DNA of 63,034 nucleotides from an uncultured Bacilli bacterium (GTDB lineage Bacteria; Bacillota_I; Bacilli_A; RF39; UBA660): NCBI GenBank assembly GCA_944358145.1, contig CALVQO010000001.1, positions 1 to 63,034 of the forward strand, read 5' to 3'. Shown piece by piece: positions 54,864 to 63,034 of this stretch (position 1 is its first letter; each line of letters starts with the position of its first letter). The notes under the pieces were generated by a model. It saw only the letters and a program-made list of their open reading frames with translations, ran no database searches and was not told where the DNA came from. The position numbers and the translations under genes were made by a program.

Positions 54864-55601
54864 ATGTCATTAAAAAAAAGAATAATTATTTTATGTATAG
54901 CATTACTATTAATTATTGGTGTAACTGGTTTAATAACAATTCTTTTTATAAAGCAACATAATAATAATTCTAGTATTAATGTTGATAAAATTAAGGATAC
55001 TTACAATAATGAGGAAACATCAAATAATAATCAAATTGATATAAGTACGTCTGAAGATGAAGAAATAAAAAATAATAATAATTTAGATACTAATCAAGAA
55101 ATTCAACAAGAAGAAACTAATTCTAAACAACCTACAATTGAAGATCAAGAAGTAAATACTTCAAATAATAACGATAAACAAGAGCAAAACAAAATACCAA
55201 TTGAAAATAATTCAGAAGAAAATCAAAATAAGACTGAAAAGGTAGTTTGTTCAAATAATGATTCTGAATTTAATTCTTTTATTGCTCAATATAAACAAAA
55301 AAATCCTACTTTCTATATTGTTGATTCATTAGAAGAAGCTAAAAAGTTTGGAAATGATGCTATGAATAAATATGGTTATGCTTATGAATATAATAGTATT
55401 CCTGAAATTTTCGAGGGAACTAATTGTATTAAAGAAATTTGGTATGTTAGATTATCAGTTCCCAAACAAGAATGTTCTATAAATGGTGTTTATAATGACA
55501 CTATGTATTTGTCAGCAAATGACATATATAATATAACTAATGTATTTGATTATTTAAGAAGTAAAGGATATGATTGTGGAACAAAACAATGGTATTATTG
55601 A
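54864..55601 (+). CDS. membrane-anchored protein with N/Q/E-rich low-complexity linker
   Basis: ATG 54864 follows GGAGG. N-terminal TM, a low-complexity spacer and a C-terminal globular domain with Cys residues. Confidence 0.55.
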   Translation: MSLKKRIIILCIALLLIIGVTGLITILFIKQHNNNSSINVDKIKDTYNNEETSNNNQIDISTSEDEEIKNNNNLDTNQEIQQEETNSKQPTIEDQEVNTSNNNDKQEQNKIPIENNSEENQNKTEKVVCSNNDSEFNSFIAQYKQKNPTFYIVDSLEEAKKFGNDAMNKYGYAYEYNSIPEIFEGTNCIKEIWYVRLSVPKQECSINGVYNDTMYLSANDIYNITNVFDYLRSKGYDCGTKQWYY

Positions 55602-55602
55602 T

Positions 55603-55627
55603 AAAACTCTGTAAAAGAGTTTTTTTT
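55603..55627 (+). terminator. intrinsic terminator
   Basis: AAAACTCT-GTAAA-AGAGTTTT followed by a T-run. Confidence 0.7.
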
Positions 55628-55653
55628 ATTATAAAAATTAGGATGGTGATAAT

Positions 55654-58400
55654 ATGAATAATAAAAAAAGTAATATATTTAAATCAATTTTACTTTTAGT
55701 TTTTGCAATGGTTAGTGCTTTTTTATGCATTGAAAATACCTTTGCAACTGAAACAAAAATCAAAATTATGTATCAGGATTTTTTCATGCTCATCAAAATA
55801 GCAGTACGAGCTTTTCACGATATGGACAAATGGCATCTTGGTCTACTAGTAATGGGATAACATCATATTGTATTGAACCCGGTGCAACATTCAGTAGTAA
55901 TACTGCTTATGTTACCTATGTTCATAATGATGTAAATCTTTTGAATATTATAAATGAAAACACATCTAATAATGCTAACAAAATAAATCAAGTGCAATTA
56001 GATCAAATGAAATTAATTGCAAATTATGGTTACGGCTATCAAGATCATAATACTCTTGCTTATCGTATGGCAACACAAATGCTTATTTGGAGAGTAGTTG
56101 ATCCTAACCAAGTATTTACTAATTCAAATTGTACTGTTAATGATTGTCGAGCAATTAGTGATGCTGAAGCAGGTGTAGCTGATGAGATGGCTGAAATTAT
56201 GGAATTAGTTGCTAATCACAATTCCAGACCATCATTTAATGGCGAAACAGTAAATATAAATTTAGGTGAAACTGTTACATTAGTTGATGAAAAAAATGTT
56301 TTAAGTAATTATAGTGTAGCATCGTGTGAAAATTGTTCTGCTACTATTACTGGTAATAATCTACAATTAACTGCAACAGGAACTGGTAATTTTGTGGTTA
56401 GATTAAGTAAAAACACTAATACTAATTATAATGAAACAATGGTTTTTGCAATTAGCAGTAATTCACAGAATCAAATCATATCAGGTTCAATAGATCCAAT
56501 TATATCCACGCTTGGTGGTTATATAAATGGAGGAACTATTGAGGTACATAAAGTTGATGAATTGGGTAATGACTTAAAAGATGTAACTTTTAAAGTTTAC
56601 GATTCTAATAATCAAGAAGTATGTAATATTGTGACTGATAAAAATGGATTTGGTAATTGTTCAAATCTTTCTTTAGGCAATTACACAATTAAAGAGATTT
56701 ACACTCCTGAGGGATATGTATTAGATGATAAAGTTTATAATTTTTCTATAACATCAACAGATAGTAAAGTTGAGTTTAATTTTGAAAACACATTAATTCA
56801 TGGAAATGTTGAATTATATAAAATATCTGAATCTCAAGATACAGATGCAATATTAGATGGTGCTATTTATGGAATATATGATTTAGGTAATAATCTTGTT
56901 GCAAAATTAACAGTAGATGGTAATGGTTATGCTAAATATGAGAATTTAAAATATGGCGATTATTACCTTAAAGAAATTAAAGCATCAATTGGGCATGAAT
57001 TAGATACTAACATATACAATTTTAGTATTAATAAAAATAATGAAACAATAAAAATAACCTCTATCGAACCAGTAAGACAATTTAATTTTACTCTCACAAA
57101 AACTATGGGTAATGGTGTTAGTGGAGTTGTTGATACAGAGCCAAATGCTAAATTCGATATTTATTTAGTAAGTACTAATAAAAAAGTCGCTACTATAAAA
57201 ACAAATAGTGATGGAAAAGCTAATATTAAACTAAATTATGGTATATACAATGTATGTCAAACTTCAGGTAATTCAAATACTTTATTAGCTGAATGTTTTG
57301 AAATTGATTTAACTAAAAATGATGTTGAAAAAGTTGTAAATAATGAATATATTAAAGCTAAATTAAAAGTATATAAAATTGATTCTAACACAGGAGAATC
57401 CATAAATATGTCAGGCATTCAATTTAAAATTAAGAATTTAGATACTAATGAATATGTCTGTCAAACTACTGATATAGTTCAATGTGTTTTTGAAACAAAT
57501 GATGATGGGGTTCTGATTACTCCTTTACCTCTAAATAGTGGAAATTATCAATTAGAGGAAGTTGATCAAAAATTAGATGGCTACTTATGGAATGATGAGC
57601 CTTTAATCTTTACTATCAATTCAGACAATATTATTTATGATGATACTTATGGGGCAATTGTAGAAGTTGAATTTGCTAATAAAAAAGTGACTGGTACCAT
57701 TGAAATTATTAAAAATGGTGAAGAATTAATAATTGAAAATGGATATTACTCTTATGAGGAAGTACCGCTAGCAAATGTAGAGTTTGGATTGTATGATGAA
57801 AATGGTAATTTAATTGTAAAAGTTACTACTGATGCAAATGGATATGCTAAAATTGAAAATTTAAAATTAGGAAAGTATATTTTAAAGGAACTTGTTACTA
57901 ATGGAAATCACATTTTGGATATAAATGAGTATGAGGTAATTCTTGAATATAAGGATCAATATACTGCTAATATTGAATATAAAATTACAATAAATAATTA
58001 TTTACCTAAAGGTGAACTAGAATTTACAAAAGTTGATATATCAGATAGTAAGCCACTTCCTAATACTACAATTGAAATTTATAAGGATGAAGAAAACCCT
58101 CAATTAGTATTTACTGGTAAAACTGATTCTAATGGTAAAATAATTATTAAAAATTTACCTATCGGCAAATATTTTATCGTTGAAAAAGAAGCCCCAGAGG
58201 GTTATCAAATAAATCTAGATAAAATGTATTTTGAAATTACTGAAGATGGACAAATAATTAAAGCAAATATGACTAATGAAATGATTGTTGAAGTTCCAAG
58301 TACGGGAATTTCTGATTCTAATATTATCAACGTAATAGGTATTGCAATAATTATATTGGGTTTAGGATATATTGCTTATGGAAAATTTAAAAAGAAGTAG
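55654..58400 (+). pseudogene. thioester-domain, multi-CnaB/SpaA-fold LPXTG-type adhesin, split by a 1-nt frameshift after the signal peptide
   Basis: The signal peptide is in frame 1 (55654-55860) and the body in frame 0 (open from 55752). Thioester motifs are SYCIEPG and ATQMLIWRV. Six G.Y.+.E..P.GY domains are present. The C-terminus is VPSTG, a TM and KFKKK. Confidence 0.8.
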
Positions 58401-58995
58401 GAAACATTTTTTTGTATTTGGCTCCTTAATTGCTCTTTTTGGTATAGGGATATTTTGCTATCCTTTTTTTAAAACTAAGGTTGTGGAGTATCAAGAAGAA
58501 AAAAAAGTTGCACAGTTCTTTGAAATAAGTTCTCAAGAGAAAGAAAATATAATTGATAAAAAAGAAAAAATAAATACTACTCAAAAAGAGCCTTATATTG
58601 GAATATTAGAAATTCCATTGTTGAATTTAAAAAAGGGCTTTTATAAAATTGATGATGTTAATAATAACGTAAATAGAAATATTCAAGTTATAAAAGGATC
58701 TGATATGCCTAATGTTGTAAATGGCACTTTTATATTAGCAGGACATTCAGGATCAGGAGTTTATTCACATTTTAAAAACTTATATAAGTTATCACTTAAT
58801 GATGACTTATATATTTATTATGGGGAGAATAAGTATTCATATAAAATAGTGGATATTTATGATGTTGAAAAAAATGGAAAAGTAAAAATCAAAAGAGATG
58901 GTAATCAAACATATTTAGTATTAATTACTTGTAGATATAATACAAATAAACAAATAGTAATTATTGCAGAATTATTATCAAAAGAAAAATATTAA
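58372..58995 (+). CDS. sortase (class B/C-like)
   Basis: N-terminal TM, ILAGHSG (His), LVLITCRY (TLxTC-type Cys), and a conserved Arg region. Confidence 0.8.
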   Translation: MLMENLKRSRKHFFVFGSLIALFGIGIFCYPFFKTKVVEYQEEKKVAQFFEISSQEKENIIDKKEKINTTQKEPYIGILEIPLLNLKKGFYKIDDVNNNVNRNIQVIKGSDMPNVVNGTFILAGHSGSGVYSHFKNLYKLSLNDDLYIYYGENKYSYKIVDIYDVEKNGKVKIKRDGNQTYLVLITCRYNTNKQIVIIAELLSKEKY

Positions 58996-59013
58996 AAAGG
59001 AAAGGATGATTTT

Positions 59014-59628
59014 ATGAAAAAGAAAAACAATGATAAAAAAAATAGAAAGAAATTATTAGTAGTGCTAGGAATTGGAGCATTTACCGTTTTAGGTGGAACT
59101 CTTGCTTATTTCACTACAAGTGACACAATTATAAATAATTTTAAAACGGCTTTATATGAACATTCTATTGTAGAAAAGTTTGAGTCGCCAAGCGATTGGA
59201 CACCTGGTAGTACTACTGAAAAAACAATTAAAGTAACAAATAATGGCAGTATAAGTATGGCAGTTCGAGCAACATATACTGAAAAATGGGTAAATGGAAA
59301 TGGTGAAGAAATATCATTAATAGATGATGAAGGTAATCGTGCATCTATTATTAACTTTGGTGATGGCTGGGAAAAAGCAACAGATGGATATTATTACTAT
59401 GGTAGTAAAGAAAATTTAACAAAATTAAATAAAGATGAAACATCAACATCATTCATTAATAGTGTAACTTTTAATGAAAATATTCAAGCTGATTTAAATA
59501 AAACAGTTTCTGACAATGGTCAGGTTATTACTTATACATCAAGTGGAAATGGTTATGATAATGCTAAATATGTTCTTACGATAACTATTGATACTATTCA
59601 ATATGATCAAGCACAAAATATTTGGTAA
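59014..59628 (+). CDS. TasA/camelysin-family protein with SipW-dependent signal peptide
   Basis: KKLLVVLGIGAFTVLGGTLAYFTTSD signal. About 200 aa, beta-rich. It lies adjacent to sipW. Confidence 0.65.
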   Translation: MKKKNNDKKNRKKLLVVLGIGAFTVLGGTLAYFTTSDTIINNFKTALYEHSIVEKFESPSDWTPGSTTEKTIKVTNNGSISMAVRATYTEKWVNGNGEEISLIDDEGNRASIINFGDGWEKATDGYYYYGSKENLTKLNKDETSTSFINSVTFNENIQADLNKTVSDNGQVITYTSSGNGYDNAKYVLTITIDTIQYDQAQNIW

Positions 59629-59639
59629 TTTAAAAATTA

Positions 59640-59680
59640 AAGAAAGTCTAAAATTTTATTTTTGGACTTTCTTATTTTTT
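59640..59680 (+). terminator. intrinsic terminator
   Basis: AAGAAAGTC ... GACTTTCTT followed by a T-run. Confidence 0.7.
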
Positions 59681-59694
59681 AAAGAGGTATATTT

Positions 59695-60192
59695 ATGTTA
59701 GTAAAAATTAAAAATGCTATTTTTAGAATACTTTATGTATTGATAATTATATATTTACTTGTATTTGTTCCATGCTTATGGAGGAGCAAACCTTTAGTAG
59801 TTATATCAGGTAGTATGGAGCCAACTCTAAAAGTTGGTGGAATACTTTATTATGAGAAAATTGATATAGATGATTTTAAAATTAATGATATTTTAGTTTA
59901 TAAAACAAAAAACCATATAATATCTCATCGTGTAGTTGATATAGTTGATGATGGTTTTATCACTAAAGGAGATGCAAATAATTCGGTTGATAATAATTTA
60001 ATAAATAAAAGTAAAGTATTGGGGAAAGGAACGGATTGGTCGATACCATATATAGGTTATTATGCGGATTTCATTTATACTCATAAATATCTATTATATA
60101 TATCACTATCAATTATAGCTGTAGATTTGCTAAATGATTTTTATCGACAACATAAAAAGAAAAGAGGTTTAATTAATGAAAAAAATTCTTAA
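59695..60192 (+). CDS. sipW: signal peptidase I, SipW (ER/archaeal) type
   Basis: VISGSMEPTLKVGG (Ser), ISHRVV (His), ITKGDANN, and a C-terminal TM. Confidence 0.85.
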   Translation: MLVKIKNAIFRILYVLIIIYLLVFVPCLWRSKPLVVISGSMEPTLKVGGILYYEKIDIDDFKINDILVYKTKNHIISHRVVDIVDDGFITKGDANNSVDNNLINKSKVLGKGTDWSIPYIGYYADFIYTHKYLLYISLSIIAVDLLNDFYRQHKKKRGLINEKNS

Positions 60193-61279
60193 ATTAAGTA
60201 TCATAATTTTAGCTATTTTTTGTTCTATATCAAATACCTTAGCACTCTTTTCAACAACAACTGATTTAAAAAGTGTTTTTAATACTAAAAAATACAATTT
60301 TAATTTAAATGCAACAGGTGGCATTTTCGAAAATAGCGATATTAATATTAATGATAAAATAATAGTTTTACCAATACCAGTAAAAAATGGTTATAATTTT
60401 TTGGGATATAGTGATTCTTTAAATGGTAATGTTATATATTCAAATAATATAAATGATATTAATCTAATTAATAATACATCTGTTTATGCAAAATGGAACA
60501 CTAAAACTTATACGATAACTTATGATCTTAATGGTGGAATGTTAAATAACCCAATATATAATTATAATGTGGAAGATAATTTTACTTTACCAATACCAGT
60601 AAAAAATGGTTATGATTTTGTTGGGTGGACGGGTACTGGTGTAAGTACACCAACATATAATTTTACGATAAGTAATTCAACTGGAAATAAAACTTTTACT
60701 GCGAATTGGAAAGCAAAAAAATATTCAGTTGATATTAATTCAATTATTCAAAATATAGCTTATAGTGCAGGATTGTCGGGTTTTACTTTTTCGGTATGGA
60801 TTAATGATAAGCAAGTCGCCGATCATGTAATCGATTATTATAATGATTCAGTTGATTATGGCTCAAATGTAAGAGTTTATGTTTATGATAGAGATGGTTA
60901 TAGTGTAACCTCTTTTAGAGATCAAACTTGGACAGTTACTAATAATATAACAATTAATCCTACATGGTATGACAATATAGCACCAACTATAACAAGTTTT
61001 ACGGTTGAAAATCTGGGATATTATGACCCCAATAAGGGTGCTGCAGCAGGATGGAATATTAGAGTTACGATAAATGCTTACGATAATGGAACTGGTATTC
61101 AAAAATATCAAATGTGGATTAAGCCATATCTAAATGGAAGTGGCTCAACTGTTCATGAAACTTCTTCAAGAGTTTTTACAAATGTTTTATATTTACAAAG
61201 CGGTGGTAGAACTTTCTGTGCTACAGCTATTGATAATGCTGGAAATAAATCTGAAAAATGTGACACGATAAGAGTTTAA
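60176..61279 (+). CDS. secreted InlB-B-repeat (Listeria-Bacteroides repeat) protein with SipW-type signal
   Basis: The signal ..SNTLALFSTTTD resembles that of the TasA-like protein. Repeats are GYNFLGYSDS, TYTITYDLNGG and GYDFVGWTGTG. Confidence 0.6.
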   Translation: MKKILKLSIIILAIFCSISNTLALFSTTTDLKSVFNTKKYNFNLNATGGIFENSDININDKIIVLPIPVKNGYNFLGYSDSLNGNVIYSNNINDINLINNTSVYAKWNTKTYTITYDLNGGMLNNPIYNYNVEDNFTLPIPVKNGYDFVGWTGTGVSTPTYNFTISNSTGNKTFTANWKAKKYSVDINSIIQNIAYSAGLSGFTFSVWINDKQVADHVIDYYNDSVDYGSNVRVYVYDRDGYSVTSFRDQTWTVTNNITINPTWYDNIAPTITSFTVENLGYYDPNKGAAAGWNIRVTINAYDNGTGIQKYQMWIKPYLNGSGSTVHETSSRVFTNVLYLQSGGRTFCATAIDNAGNKSEKCDTIRV

Positions 61280-61536
61280 AAAATAAGGAGGAATTTTTAA
61301 TATTTCAAATATTAAATGTAACACCAGTTGAACAAAGTTGGTTCCAAGATATTTTTAGGAGTTTACTTTGGACAATAGGCAAAGGTATATTAGTAACTTT
61401 AGATGGCTTCTTCAATGTTATTCAAAATATTTGGCGATATGATTTCTTCAATAATGAATATGTTGATAAAATTTTTAATGGTGCCATTATAGTAGCTTGT
61501 AGTTGGTTAGCATTAAAAGTATTAATTGAACTAGTT

Positions 61537-62679
61537 ATGAATTTTATTATAAAAAATGAAACAAGAGAATCACCATTTTTTGTTTATAGAGGAATAGTTT
61601 TAGCAATAGTTATGATGTTTTTAGTTCCCTCTCTTTTTGACTTTGGTCAGAAAATTAGCACTGGTTTAACTGAAGCAGTTATATCAGAATCTGGAATGTC
61701 TAATTCATCCGATGCTGAACTTACTATATCAAAATCTATAATAGAAGCTATGATATATAAAAATGAAACAGAAGAAACAAATGCTGACTATTTTGTAAAA
61801 AATTGGAAAACGGCTGACATTAATGATACAAGTGGAGGATTTGCAGGTTTTGGAGATGTATATAAATATTCTATTAATTTTTTTATGTTGATAATGTTAT
61901 CTATTATAACGATATTTTTGCTTTTTTTTGTAGCAATTCAAATGGCAAAACGAGTTATGGAAATAGCACTTTATAAAATAATATCTCCATTTTGTGCTAC
62001 CTCTCTTACATCAAACCAACCACGGGCATTTGAATTATGGTGTAAATCAAGTATGGGAGCTTTTTTAATTACTACGGTACAATTTGTGGGAATAGGTTTA
62101 CTACTAACCATTTTTAGCGATGCATTTTCTAAAACGGGTACAATGGCAGGAATTTTTTTGGTCATTGGAGCATTACTATTTATTATTTCTACTCCTACTT
62201 TAATAAGTACCTTACTGAATCAGCAATCAGGTTTAGCTTCAGGTATGCAAGACATACAATCCCTAGTAGCAATGGGGCATTTAACAGGTCAAGGACTTGG
62301 TCTTGCGAGTGCTGGAACAATGACTGCATTAGGTATTGGTGCTAAAGTAGTAGGGGGAACAGCTAATTTAACTGCTCGTGGAGCATCAAGTATTATTTCA
62401 GGAGGTGGATCAAGAATATCAGATATGATGAATAAATCAAAGAAATTGACATCGGATCAAAAAGCAATTGTTCAGGATTCTATTAATCATCATAATCCTA
62501 GAAAAGCTCAAAGGCAAGTTGCTGACTTTTTAAGTGAAAATTCCAATGGGAAATATAGTTCTAAGCCTTATAATCCTGATAACATGAATTTTGGACATTT
62601 TAATAATACTAAATTTAATACTATGAGAAATCAATATACCAATAATAAAACAAATTTTACAGATAGGAAGTTTATGTAA
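61537..62679 (+). CDS. TrbL/VirB6-like polytopic T4SS membrane protein (coding region probably begins near 61300)
   Basis: 6 or more TMs and a long polar C-terminal tail. 91 codons are open upstream of the first ATG, and they encode two further hydrophobic helices behind AAGGAGG (61285-61291). Confidence 0.5.
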   Translation: MNFIIKNETRESPFFVYRGIVLAIVMMFLVPSLFDFGQKISTGLTEAVISESGMSNSSDAELTISKSIIEAMIYKNETEETNADYFVKNWKTADINDTSGGFAGFGDVYKYSINFFMLIMLSIITIFLLFFVAIQMAKRVMEIALYKIISPFCATSLTSNQPRAFELWCKSSMGAFLITTVQFVGIGLLLTIFSDAFSKTGTMAGIFLVIGALLFIISTPTLISTLLNQQSGLASGMQDIQSLVAMGHLTGQGLGLASAGTMTALGIGAKVVGGTANLTARGASSIISGGGSRISDMMNKSKKLTSDQKAIVQDSINHHNPRKAQRQVADFLSENSNGKYSSKPYNPDNMNFGHFNNTKFNTMRNQYTNNKTNFTDRKFM

Positions 62680-62954
62680 TGTATTTAATACCTAAAAATA
62701 TAAAAGTTAAGCGAGAAATATTTAAAGGCTTTGGAATGCTCGAATTACTTGTTTTAGGAATGTCTTTAATAATTGGATTTATATTACAAAATTTTGTTGT
62801 TGATTATAAATTAAAAGTATTCTTATTTATAATCTTTCCAATTATTACCTTTTTTTTGCTTTTTCCACTTCCAAATGGCTCAAAACTTATAATTATTTTG
62901 AAAAAATTTGCAATTTTTCAAAAAAGTCAAAAGAAATACAAACTAAAAAATTAA
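62679..62954 (+). CDS. PrgI/VirB3-like small T4SS membrane protein
   Basis: 91 aa. LIPKNIKVKREIFKGFGMLELLVLGMSLIIGF followed by a second TM, the usual pattern upstream of a VirB4-type ATPase. ATG overlaps the previous stop (TAATG). Confidence 0.5.
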   Translation: MYLIPKNIKVKREIFKGFGMLELLVLGMSLIIGFILQNFVVDYKLKVFLFIIFPIITFFLLFPLPNGSKLIIILKKFAIFQKSQKKYKLKN

Positions 62955-63034
62955 TTTTATGCTATTGCATTTAAAATAAAGCAATAAAAAACAAGAATAT
63001 GGAAATTTAGACATGCAAAAAAGAATTACTGAAA

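Larger units (their letters stand above)
39346..63034. mobile_element. integrative (probably conjugative) element, left end at about 39.35-39.40 kb, right end beyond the window
   Basis: A terminal serine recombinase abuts the disrupted host gene. Behind it lie accessory/defence cargo, XRE regulators, ArpU, an orphan methyltransferase, and then T4SS-type membrane proteins, an adhesin and a sortase. Confidence 0.7.

Noticed and set aside
1-63034. Searched by eye for CRISPR arrays, rRNA genes, IS-type terminal inverted repeats and transposases.
   Set aside because: None were found. The only regular repeat is the coding 2 x 210-bp duplication at 50471-50890, and the only recombinase is the serine integrase.

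Overview
This is a very AT-rich, code-11, endospore-former-type Bacillota chromosome segment; TGA is used as a stop, and gpr, spoIIP, yqxA-like and cotD-like genes are present. It has two parts.

**Left part, about 1-39.3 kb (mostly core genome).** It holds an SPETG-anchored surface protein, lysS and a YfcC-type carrier. A 9-kb operon follows, encoding a Tad-like machine (CpaB-like, CpaF/TadA-like ATPase, TadB- and TadC-like platform proteins). That operon also carries a 1,228-aa cysteine-rich exoprotein and a separately promoted two-TM VirB2/Maff2-like protein. Next come tRNA-Asn, addB-addA, an intergenic candidate type I toxin-antitoxin module, lemA plus DUF2207, and a transglutaminase-like protein. 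After these are rpsT, gpr-spoIIP-yqxA-like, a DUF3800 singleton, an ABC-F ATPase, a ZnuA-like lipoprotein, ffh, a CotD-like protein, DUF368 and secE-nusG. The part ends with an S66 peptidase, two tandem ORF6N paralogs and an NitT/TauT-type ABC importer.

**Right part, about 39.35 kb to the window end.** The substrate-binding gene of that ABC importer is 5-prime truncated by a large-serine-recombinase element. From there to the window end the DNA looks like an integrative conjugative element of at least 23.7 kb. Its cargo includes:
- a prokaryotic viperin (pVip) translationally coupled to an alkaline-phosphatase-superfamily enzyme, flanked by two NUDIX hydrolases and a GrpB protein;
- XRE regulators;
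- a secreted S1 protease with a tandem prodomain-like lipoprotein;
- a nucleotidyltransferase, an ArpU-like regulator behind a leader ORF/terminator, and an orphan DNA methyltransferase.

Its transfer and surface module has a Maff2-like protein, a frameshifted thioester-domain LPXTG-type adhesin, a sortase, SipW flanked by two putative SipW substrates, a TrbL/VirB6-like protein and a PrgI/VirB3-like protein.

No rRNA genes or CRISPR arrays were seen. All functional calls come from motif recognition by eye, and no database search was run.
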